From Cycas panzhihuaensis (lineage: Eukaryota; Plantae; Cycadophyta), in contig CM041465.1 of assembly GCA_023213395.1 (NCBI GenBank), positions 172,801,741-172,865,740 on the forward strand: a DNA stretch of 64,000 nucleotides, written 5' to 3'. A model generated the notes under the pieces. The model worked only from the letters and a program-made list of their open reading frames with translations, was not told where the DNA came from and made no database searches. Shown here piece after piece: positions 26,714 to 38,616 of the stretch (position 1 is its first letter; every line of letters starts with the position of its first letter). The translations under genes and the position numbers were made by a program.

Positions 26714-29700
26714 GTTAAGGCCCAAAAGTAGAGTACCTTATTAACTAAACCATGAAGAGAAGGAAGAGGTTGAGAAGAAAATCAAGGAATTATTAGAGAG
26801 CAAATTTATTAAACCCTCTAAATCCTATTTTAGAACTCTAGTTTTACTTATAAGGAAGAAAAATAGAATAATGCAAATATTCATTGATTATGGAGCCTTG
26901 AGTAAGATAATAACTTATGATAAACGTTATATTCCTAGGGCAGATGATCTATTAGATATGTTAAAAAGAAGTGTATATTTTTTTGAAATAGATTTAAAAA
27001 ATAATTACCATCAAATACAAATTTACAAAGTTAATGTTGAAAAGATAAATTTCACTACAACAGATGTACATTATGAATATTTAGTAATCTCTTTTAGTAT
27101 GGAAAATGCTCCTGCATATCCTTTAAGAGGATGGAATATTATTTTCATACAACACTTTATCAAATTTATGATTTTCATTCTTGATGATATTTTGGTTTTA
27201 AGAAAAAGCCATAATGAGCATGCTAAACATTTAAAAACAATACTCAATATCTTAAGAAAAGAAAAATTATACATAAATTCTCTAAGTATCAAAATTTCAA
27301 AGAAGAAACCAAGCATTTATAACATACAATATCTTCAAAAGGCATTGTGGTCAATCTTAAAAAACTTAAAGCAATTAAGGAGTGGAAGACTCCACTAAAT
27401 ATCCACAAAGTAAGAAGCTTCCTTAGGTTAACAAGCTTTTATAGGAAATTTGTCCATAACTTTTCACAAATAGCAAATTCTTTAACGGAGTTACTTAAGA
27501 AAAATAAAAGGTTCAAGTGAACAAAAGAAATGCCAAGAAAGCTTGCAAACATTAAAAGATGAGTTAACTTTAGCCTTAAGATTAATACTATCAAATTTAA
27601 CAAAACTGTTCAAACTTTATACTAATACAAGTGGATTTACTATTAGAGCAGTGTTAATGTAAGATGGGGAAGTTATAGTTTAGAAAAGTCATAAACTAAA
27701 CATTGTAGAACGTATATATCTTATCTTTGATAAATAAACACTTGCAATAATATATATATGTAATAAAAATTTGGAAGCACTATTTAGAGGAAAATCAATT
27801 CAAAGTGATTATAAATCATAAGCCACTCCAAAGTTTTCTACCTAAAAAGGTATTATGTATAAGGCAATACAAATGAACCATGATTATTCAAGAATTCTCC
27901 TAAAAAATGATGTATCAATTCAAAAAAGAAAATATGGTTGTAGATGCTCTATTAAGAGCTCAATTTATTAAAAACACATAAATCATAATAAGAAAGCTAC
28001 GAGAATCCATATTGGAAGCACGATGATAAGACCCTTTATGTGTAAAAATGAAGGAATCTCTTTAAAAATTAGAAACTAATTTCAAGGATTTCACCATCAA
28101 GGAAAATAGGTTATGAAAAATGATGTGATAGTTGTACTCAGTATTATGGATCTTAAGTATAAGATACTATATAAACTCCATAATGTGCCCCTTGCTAGCC
28201 ATAGTGGAACTGAAAAGTTCATAAATAATAAGAAGATATGCATATTAGAAAAATATAAATCATGAGATAGTTGATTACATAAAAACTTGTGAATAATATT
28301 AGGTAAATAAAACATAAAAGGGGTAAATGGGTAAGTTTGTTAATACCATTACCCAGTGTAGAGAGAAAATGGAAAAATATTTCCACGAATTTTATCACTA
28401 AATTACTAAAAACACATAAACAAAATGATCAAGTTTTAGATGTGGTTGACATATTAATTAAAATGGCAAGATTTATTCCATGTAAAATGACACATAAGGG
28501 AGTCACATAGTAAAAATCCTTTAAAATGAAGGTTTCTCGAAATTCAAATTCCTAATGACAATTGTTAGTGATAGAGATATAAAATCCATAAGTAATCTTT
28601 GGTGAGAGCTATTTAAGACATTTAAAATATATTTATAGTTCAACAATAGAGATTATGAGCAAATAGATGGACAAATAGAACAAGTAAATCAATTATTGAA
28701 AACATATTAAAATCACATGTAATAGATAAACATACATAATGAAAAGAAACCTTTCCATACGTAGATTTTTCTATGACAATAGCAAACATTTCTGAATAGG
28801 AATGATACCATTTAGAGCTATGCATGGGTATGATCCCATCATTTCCCTTAGAGTTGGACTTATACGCTTACATAAGAAAATCACAACTTTAAATAGAAAT
28901 GCCTTAAGAAATTAAATAAGAACTTGAGTTATGTAGGTAAAATGTTGAAAGGACATAGTAAGACATTAGTATATGTAGACAAAAGTAGGACTCCTAGAAT
29001 AATTAATGTTAAGGATAAAGTATATTTAAGAGTATAACCTAATTCTACACTAAAATTATCCCCACGATATTGTGGTTCATTTGAAGTCTTAAAAAGATTA
29101 ATGGGGTTGCTTATAGATTATAATTATCATAGTGAATCAAAATACATAATGTTTTTCATGTCAGTTTCCTAAAGTAAGAACTATTAAGATTTGATAATAA
29201 GCTACTTATGTATGCTAATGTTTAACAAGTTGAATAAGTGTTTAATGATTTAGTTGAAATACCAGGCACTAGAACAAGAAAATTGAGAAACAAAGAAATA
29301 AAAGAATATTTGATTAAATGGTAAAACAACCCCATTGAAAAGGCAACATAAAATTCTAATACTTTTATAAGAGAAGTATGCCTCATCAATGGTGATGAAT
29401 TCCCAAAAGGAGAGAGAGATATCATAAGAGAGGATCCTATTTTAATGTATTAGATCCTCAACTTTAAAATATTTAATCATAAAGTATGATGAACATGCCT
29501 TAAAAAATTGTACAAAAGAGGTGGTTATGAAAAATAATGCAAAAAATATGGTTTCTAATTGTAGAAACAAGAGTCTATCTTTATAAAGAAGAGTCCTCTA
29601 TGTCTCTAAGAGAAGACTCCTCTATAATTTATTTTTATATAAAGACTTGATGAGATGAGTAAATTAACATATTATCTCTTTGCTGGTGGATAATATCAAG

Positions 29701-30100
29701 CCAAGGGAATGGAGAGTGAGTGAAGATAGTGGTATATATAGAAGCACTCCATCAAGGATCAACATCAATATCATAGAGGGCCCTAGGGTTCATGTAAGGA
29801 GGGCTAAGGTACCATTTTTGCATCATTCATTGTATTTAAAATTTCTATTTTTTTCTATTAAAAACCTTCAATGAAGAAAGAACCATACAAATTCTCCTTT
29901 GATCATAATAAAGAATTATTATTATTTTTATATAAGAGAGCGATGATGGTTAGAGTTTGAATTTATACATCATTTGTACAATTGTATAACTCTTTTCAAA
30001 ACTATACAAATTTCTCCTAAACCACATTAACACCTTAAGAATATACTAATAATGGTATAGTTAAATTTTTATTTTTCTATCAAGTTTTCTTGGTGGAAAA

Positions 30101-33100
30101 TGTTAGAGTGGTATTATAACCACTTACCAATTAATGTAAATGGGTGGATATATTGAGCAAATAATATTGATGTAATATTATGATATTATGGGCTGATAGT
30201 TGTAAATTTGAATGCTAATATTTGAGGTACTTATGAATTATAAATATAGATAAAAGTCTATTGTATTGTAATATCCAGATTTATAAAAAATATAATAATA
30301 TATTTTTATGGTGAAAGGGTTCCCACGTTAAATTTGTTTATCTTATGTGCTTGTTTTATACATAAACGATTCTGTCATCCTATTTATATATTTGGTATTT
30401 TTAAACATGGTATCAAAGTACCACGAGGTACACAAGTAGACAAATATTAGATGGATTATTTGATCATTGGTTGCAAAGTCATGTTGGCTCTCCCTTTGAG
30501 GATTGACTTATTCAACAATCGAAAGAACAACCACAGTGATATAATGATTAAATACAGATCCTAGTGTCTTTTGTTTTCTATTTTGTAGGGATTCTATAGT
30601 CTTTATAGGTGTATGAATGAGTAGAATATGTTGTTTTAATTTATACAAGTGCTAGTGCCCTTGTTCTCAAATTTGTAACCCATAACTACTCTCTTGTTGA
30701 TCATTATGTTAGTTTTAAGTATATTAAAAGTGTTAAATCTAATTATTTAAAGTGCCACTAAGTTATAATGAGACATTTACTAATTTATATGCAACTGGCT
30801 CATGATTATAGAGGTTGGGAGACAACACATATGTACACAATTGTATTAATGTTACGTAGAAAATTGTGTTCATTATATTATACAAGTTTGCTATGACAAT
30901 CATACGCTAGATACCATAGGTATGAGATTACAGACTCAAGAAAATGTGACTGATTTATAGACTTAGAAGAGATGCAATGTACGTACTTACAAATTACAAC
31001 CGTGCGTGAAATAGTTACAGTCGCAAAGAAGGATTTGTAGGTGCTGTTTGAGTTTATAAATCACCATGGATATTTACACTGCATGTTGGATGTGCAGTGC
31101 CATAAAATCCATGTGAAGAGATGCAAAATTTGTAGCTAAGTCACTAGAAATATACTCAGGCTGTCATAATAATTACAGTAATATTAAGGTACTTTGATCA
31201 CATTTGATTAAATAATGTCACTGCGTTGAATATATACAACCGCCATGAATGAGATACTTCATCGCCATCGTAGGCATTTTATTTATTGGCCCATTCCATT
31301 ATTTAAATTATTCATTTGTTGGGCATTGAATAAATAAAGTTGCGTTTCAAAAATTAAACTTTGATCGCCGTTGCATTTTCCTATGATATATTAAGTTGAA
31401 TTCGATTAATATATTCGGTTGCCAATTAATATTTGCTATTGTCGTATCAATAAAGTTTCTCACATGATAAATATTTACCATTGATATATTTTGTCGTTTG
31501 TTGATTTATTTTAATTGCATAATACTATAGTTTGAATGCCATATATCAAGTCACTTAATTATCAAAGTTTTTTTTTTATTATTTTCATCATTTGCCCTTT
31601 GATTGAAGGATTTATTGATGGGCATACATCAAGAGTCACATTCATAATTGTTGTGTTTAAATAAGATTAAGATCAATGTGGATTTTAATATAATGATTGG
31701 TTAACATCATCATTCTTGATTACCATTCATTGTTGAGTATGATATAATGCTTTGATCAAGTGAGCATATTGTTGTGATTATCAAAATGGTGTAAATATAT
31801 AGAAAATGTTTTATTTTGATGTGATGATAATATGTAGTTAATGACGATATTTATGATATGATGGTGAAGTGAGTGCTTTAGACACACTCTATTGATGACT
31901 GTTTAGTGATATGAGTCAACGGTATACTCTTTTTTGTTTGTATTTATATGAGAGAGTGTGTTGGGTGAGTTAGCTATCAATGTTAGTGTATTTTCATTGA
32001 TTGATACAAGGGAAAGAATGGGTGAATTTTATGGAGATACTAAGTTGCAAGATGAGTAAAACTATGGTGTGGTAATTGGTCATTACATATTTATTCAAAG
32101 GTGTGGCTTATTTAATAAAAAGTAGTGTGTTTATTCAATTATATCAGTGTTTTTACATCAGATGTATGAGTGAAAGTGGTTTAGAATTGTTATTTATTGG
32201 CTTGTTTATATAAGTGGTTATTAATTTATGGTGGAACATTATACTTTAGGTGGTTGAATTTAAGTTAGCATGAGGCATATAACCTGTTAGATGTTAGTTC
32301 AATGTGTGTGCATATCTGAACAAGTCAGATGTATATTCAATTATATATTTGTAATAAAATTGAAGTGTGAATGGAAAGGTATATGACTAGATTGCTTTAA
32401 AATTCAGTTCTCCCTTGATCATGGTATAAAATGGGAATTGGCTATCTCGTGTACCCCAGTAAGATTATGTTACAGATGTATAATGGTACCATGATGTAGA
32501 TGTGGAGGTGCTTGATGTAGGGTAAGATTTTACCTCCCATATTTTTAGGTAGAAGTTGTTGTGATAATTGTTTTATGAGGTCTCTATTAGGACTATTTGT
32601 GGCATATCCTTTGAATTGTGTTAGATCAATTAGAAGCCTTCAATTATGTATTTGAGGTGCATTGAAATGCACACATCTTAGACAAAGATTGCAACAGTAA
32701 GATCATAAGAGTTCAAAGTATATTTATATGGGATTTGTGTTTAAAACAAAGCTTACAAATAGTATAATCTACATGGGAATTACATTGTGATTAGTCTAGA
32801 TGTCAATTTGAAAAGTTATTAACGTATCATACTAGGGTGTCACATGAATATAGGTTTTATCCTTTATTTCTTCCATTTTTCAAGCTATTGTTCAGTAGGT
32901 GTAGAGGTTTGTGTACCTAACATTGTGTTTGAGATGGAAGTAGGACCTAGTGGAAGTGATGATGAGGATTTATTGTATGAAGAAGCTTGGACTTCAACCT
33001 TGTGTTCTATTATGGACTAGGAGGACCATTGAGAACTCTAGTAAGACGGTTGAAGACTTAGAAGATGATTGAAGAATGAGGATCAACATGCCAGTCAGAC

Positions 33101-34087
33101 TCATGATAGCCATTAACGATTCTAACGAGTGGAGATTCATAATGGAGAGCTACTATATAGGAGGAGTATTATGTGGGATTTAGGTCGCTTACCTCCCTTA
33201 AAGAACTTGGTTAATTTGTAAGTTGGAAAAGCTTATTACACAAAATTTCATGTTGAAAGAAGGATTCAATTATAAGAAGACATTTACACTAATCTTTATG
33301 ATGTTATTAGTCTAATTGGTCCTTACTTTAGTAGCTACAAATAGGTGGGAGTCATATCATGTCAGTATTCCTTAATAAAGACTTGAAGAAGAGATCCTCT
33401 TAGTTTAGTGAAGGAACATGTTGAATATTATGGACTAAGTATTGGTGCTAGAGAGAGTTATATGGTTGCAAGGACTATTAGAGTATTTCTAAAGAATCAC
33501 GTATATATGAGACATATCACCATTACGTCTGAGAGTAGATCAGATTAGGGAAGATGTAGGTTGAGTTTTGTCTAAGTGAAGATCAACTTGAGGACATGTT
33601 CACCAAGCTCTTATTAAAGATCGTTTCATCAATGTTTATGCATATTTAGGATTTAACGAGGTTATCCTTGAGGGGGGATCTATCAACAAGGATAAAGAGA
33701 GATAGACAAATCCTTCGGAAGGTTTTAAGATCTCACATTTATATTAAGAGGGGATATTAAAGTGGTATTATAACCACTTATGGACTAATATAAATAAGTG
33801 GATATATTATGCAGATAATATTGATGTAATATTATGATATTATGGGCCAATGGATGTAAACTTGAATGTTGATATTTGAGGCACTTATGATCTATAAATA
33901 TAGATCAAAGTCCATTATATTATAACATTTAGATTTGTCAAAAATGTGATAATATATTTTTATAGTGGGTTTTTCCTGAAAAGGTTCTCACATTAAATCT
34001 GTTTGTCGCACATACTTATTTTATTCGAGTCCTCTATATACATAAATAATTTTATCATCTTATTTGCCTATTTGATGTTTCCTAATA
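30101..34087 (+). mobile_element. Copia-3: ~4-kb internally deleted, non-autonomous Copia derivative
   Basis: LTRs 30101-30407 and 33755-34087; TSD gaaaa/gaaaa; PBS tggtatcaaag at 30408; PPT aagagggga at 33746-33754. Only patches of INT ('DHGIKWELAISCTP'), RT ('EGFNYKKTF') and RH ('DMFTK') remain. Confidence 0.9.
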
Positions 34088-34244
34088 GAAAACATTTTTT
34101 TTTTAGTGTTTTGGGAGGCATATGAGTATGTATATGATGGAATCAAAGAGTAACAAGAAGACAAAACCCATAAAGAGACCAATGAATTTGAGAGGAAATG
34201 GTGGTATTAACAAACACCAGGGTCTTCGAATCCCGTGAATATAT

Positions 34245-36650
34245 AAGTGGGGTTGAGGATATATTAGCACACGCCTCAAGGTCTATTATTGCTTAACATT
34301 GATAAATATTGAATAATTTGATAATAAAATATTTAGAAATAGCCCCAATATAAGTATTACCTAATATTTCTCCCCCATAATCTATATTTGGGAAGACTCC
34401 AAGCTTATCTCTAAATTTATTAAATTTTATTTTGTTAAGTGCCTTTATGAAAATGTCTACCACATGATCCTTTGTGCTCCTTTCACCTTACTATACTAGC
34501 TCTATAATGAAGTGATATTATATTTCAATGTGCTTAGTCTTGCCATGAAACATTAGATCATAGTCATTTGAATTATACTTTGGTTATCACAAAATAATTA
34601 TGTGGGACTAATTTATTCCTCCTATAAATCCTAAAATAACGTTCTAAGCCAAACTATCTCACAAGCTCTTATTACAACTACCTTATAATAAGCTTCTACA
34701 GTAGAAAGAGATATTGTTGTCTATTTCTTTGAACTCCATGATACTATTATTGAACTAAACTGAATGTATAACCTGAAATAGACTTCTTGTTACCTATGTA
34801 ACCTACCCAATCTAAGTTTATATTGCTAATTAACTTGTGATCACTTGATGACCTATGACATAATCCATACTTAATAGTGCCTCTAAGATATATAAGAATT
34901 CTTTTGCTTTCTTTCTAATGTTTTACCTTAGGCTTATGTAGAAACTTTAAAATTACATTGACTAAATACATAATGTTTGGTCAAGTTGAAGTCAAGTAAA
35001 TAAGGCTCCCGCTTAACTACTTGTAAAGAGTATAGTCAATTGATCCAAACCTCTCAAACTCAGACAATTTCAACCCAACTTCTACTAGTATTGTAAGTGG
35101 CTTGTAACTATCCATATTAAATTTATATAATATATTGTAATATAAATATTCTCTTTTTATCTTGCCATACTTCAATGCCTAAGAAATAATATATAAGTCT
35201 TAAATTTGTCATTTCAAGATCCTTGCATATCTTTCTTAAATTTTTAGTATAATTAATCATAATTTCTAATGTATACAAGGTCATCAACATATAAACTTAC
35301 AATCAATATTGAACTTTCTTTTATCTTAATATACAAGTTGGGGTCTAATTGGCTCCTTAGGAATCCTTTATCCTTAAAGTATGTATTAATCCTAGAGTAA
35401 TGTGCTATAGGTACAATTTGAACCCATATGATATTTTTTTGAGTTTATAGACCTTATCATCATTACTTTTCATCTTAAAATCTTTAAGTTGTTGGACATA
35501 TATCTCCTCATCAATATATTTATTTAAGAATACACTCTTCACATCCATCTTATGGATTATCCAACTATATTATATAACTAAGGTTATAATTAATTTAATT
35601 ATTTTTAATCTTGTTATATGTAAAAATGTTTCATTATAATCTATGCCTTTAACTTGAGCATAACCCTTTACAATTAGTCATACCTTATACTTGTCAATTA
35701 AGCCATCTAACTTATATTTAACCTTAGATATTAATTTTGTCCTAATGATAATTTTCTTTAGTGGTAAAGTACCTAAATCCCAAGTGTCATTCTTTCTAAA
35801 GCATTATATTCCTCTTTCATTGTTATCTTCCATTCATCTTGACTATTTATCTTTTCAAAGTTTTAAGGCTCATTTATTTTTATAACTTGTATCACTAATG
35901 TAAAGTTTACCCTTTGAGATCTAGTTATCATTTTCTTAAAGTTTATATCTAAGATGTCTTAAGGGGTATGACTCCTTTACACTCATTTTAGAACTTTTTG
36001 ATTTGAAGTAGATGGTCTTGCTCCATTTATACTAGCTAATATAAGTACGTTTGTACTATTTATGTTATGTTCCACATAAACCATAATACTTTTGCCTTTA
36101 TCATTTTCATCAACCTCTTCTTGATAGAATCAATCTTTATTGAAGATGGCATCCTTGCTCATGATGATTCTTTTCCCCTTAGGATTATACAATTTATAAG
36201 AACTTGATGTATTACTATAGCTTATAAATATGCACTTATAATTTTTTTTCATTTAACTTAGTCCTTCTTTGTTTTGAAACATGTGCATATGCTATGCACC
36301 AAAAAACCCTTAAGTATTTAATGTTTGGCTTATACCTTATCTAACCCTCTTCAAGTGTGATCCATCTAACTATTTTTGTTATATATTTATTCAATAAGTA
36401 AATAACTATATAAATAACTTATGCCCAAAACTCATTACTAAGGTGTTTATCCTTCAGCATACTCCTTATCATCTCAAAACCTATCTCATTTTTTCTTTTT
36501 GCTACTGTATTTTATTAAGGGATGTAAGGATTAGTTAATTACTTTCTTATTCCATAATACTTGAAATAGTCCTTAAATCAATTTGAATTAAATTCTCCCC
36601 TATTATCTAATATAAGAATTAATATTTTATAACCACTTTGTCTTCTCCAA
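34245..36650 (-). mobile_element. Copia-4: 3' half only (INT C-terminal part, RT, RNase H, PPT, partial 3' LTR)
   Basis: Minus strand reads 'QSGYKILILILDNRGEF' from ~36640, RT 'KMDVKSVFLN' and 'SLYVDDLVY', RH 'TKHIEI..HF..DIFIKAL'. PPT tgggggagaaa, then LTR starting at 34366; LTR end approximate. Confidence 0.85.
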
Positions 36651-37590
36651 AAAATCTTCTATCTGTGGGACAGATGATGGAACAAGACTATAAGGTTGTA
36701 TTTGATAATAGTGATTGCACTATTAAGGACAAAAAGAAGAACAAAGCTATTATTACAAAAGAAAAAAAGACTAAAGATAGATTTTTCAAGTTAGTTATAA
36801 CTCCTTCAGACAACTATGTATTGAAGACAACAATCAAGATAGATAACAACATGTGGTATAAAAGGTTTAGCCACCCAAATTATGGAAGTTTAGCCCTTAT
36901 GAAGAGAATGAATATGGTTGAAGCACTACCATAAATTGAAGCTGACAATGATATTTGTGAGGGTTGCCTTTTAGGCAAGCAATATAGAGAAAGTTTTTTT
37001 GATGGAAGCTATAGAGTAAAGAACCACTTCAATTAATCTACACAGATCTTTATGGTCTAATGGATGTCCCATCTCTAGTTGGTGCAAAGTATTTTCTCAC
37101 CTTCATTGATGATTATACAAGAAAGACATGGGTCTATTTTCTAAAATTCAAGCAAGATGCATTTCAATACCTTGTAGACTTCAAAATCTTTGTGAAGAAG
37201 CAAAGTGGACACAAGATACTTTCCCTAAGATCAGATAATAAGGGAGAGTTTATTTCTAATGAATTTAATACTTATTATATATACTATGGTATTATAAGGT
37301 AATACAAAAACCCCTATACTCAACAACAAAATGAGATTGTTGAACGAAAAAATCATACCATAGTTGAAATAGCTAGGTGCATGCTTAAATATAAGAAATT
37401 TGGACACGAATTTTAGGTAGAAGTTGTCCATACTATAGTTTACCTCCTAAAGAGGTGTACCACCAAGGCCCTTAGGTGGATGACACCAGAAAAAACATAG
37501 ATAAATTATAAATGTAGCATTCATCACGTGAGAATCTTTAGATACCTAGCCTATGTCGATGTTCCAGAACAAAAATAGATTAAACTTGAT

Positions 37591-38057
37591 TATTAGGAAT
37601 ATTAATGTTAGCTTTATATTATTGTTAGTTTTATGTTAATATTATCTTTTGATCACATGTGTAAATATAAATTTAAGTGATGTAAAGTTCTTTTTATATA
37701 AGCTAATGTTAATTATTAATTATTATATGAAGGTCATTGAAATGTGTAACTGCCCATTTTAACGAATCTTTCATTCTTTAAATAGCCTCTTATAGATTCT
37801 AGGAATTGGTTCCAGGAATCTAAGAGGCTGTCATAAGCCTATTTTGAAGGCTGGTTTCCGTATGTAGAGGGTATTCTTATCAAAGTTTTATGTAAGGTTT
37901 CCAAGTCAATAAATTTTAAACTTAGAGAGGTGTTTTCTCTTCCCCAGAAGGGGTTTTCCACCTGCCACATCATGTGTACATGTGCAATGCCAAATTTTCA
38001 CCTGTGTATGTTTGTTTATTTGATCCTGTGATATTGTACATACTACCTATCTTTACA
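37591..38057 (+). repeat. 5' LTR of Copia-6
   Basis: Direct repeat of 44505-44968; begins TA, ends CA, followed by the PBS. Confidence 0.96.
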
Positions 38058-38069
38058 TGGTATTAGAGT
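38058..38069 (+). promoter_or_regulatory. tRNA-iMet primer-binding site of Copia-6 (decayed TGGTATCAGAGC), overlapping the end of the FY fragment
   Basis: tggtattagagt directly after the LTR terminal CA; two CAG-context C>T changes from consensus. Confidence 0.9.
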
Positions 38070-38616
38070 AGGAGTAGAATTTTAAGTCTGTTCTAGAGAA
38101 ACTCAAGTCTTAGACAGCTTCCCTATGAGCTGACTTGTTTGCTTTGATATTATTCATATTGGTTTGCTAGTACTTGATAGAGCCACCATCATCACTAATG
38201 ACCATCCAATTTTTATTATGGCTCCATACTATGGACTTGATTGCCTGATCATGAGCCTAAAGAATCATTTCAAAATTGAATGACTCCCCATTCCAAAGAG
38301 TGAACTCTCCACTCTACAAGCCTGTGATTAGACGCTGTCTTGTTGGCATCCACAAGACTTTGTTAATGGAGCAATGATTTGTATTCATAGATGCATGCAC
38401 AAATTTAGCAACAAAGCTTGTTAATGGATTATCTGGATAAGCACTTGATCGCAACATATCTACAACTACAACTGGTGTAAGGTGCAAAATTGTACTATCC
38501 CTTACATCTCGTTGCCACATCCAAATCTGCATGTACCAGATAACTGTGCGTGTATAATCAACTGTTCGAAGATGTATATGCTTTCTGACCCTTCTAGCTG
38601 AGATCCCATCTCCATG
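38062..38616 (-). pseudogene. FY: Captured, uninterrupted fragment of FY (WDR33/Pfs2 orthologue, WD40 polyadenylation factor), N-terminal region and first WD40 repeats
   Basis: 185 codons with no frameshift and 4 decay-type stops: [40 protein letters not shown]...[18 protein letters not shown]...[100 protein letters not shown]. This matches plant FY as I recall it ([66 protein letters not shown]). Confidence 0.95.

Larger units (their letters stand above)
8470..34241 (+). mobile_element. Chromodomain Gypsy element split by Copia-1 (8586-26713) and by Copia-3 (inside its 3' LTR); 5' end not resolved
   Basis: 'QYEDVFL*DLLKNLPIHKQVDHK..EG' (8494-8585) resumes at 26714 as 'RPKSRVPY*LNHEEKEEVEKKIKELL'. 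RT (ORF 26871, 'IFILDDILV'), RNase H, integrase and chromodomain 'RTRKLRNKEIKEYLIKW' (~29270) follow. PPT aaaaggagagagaga at 29405-29419; LTR from 29420 to about 34241 (end tentative). Confidence 0.82.
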
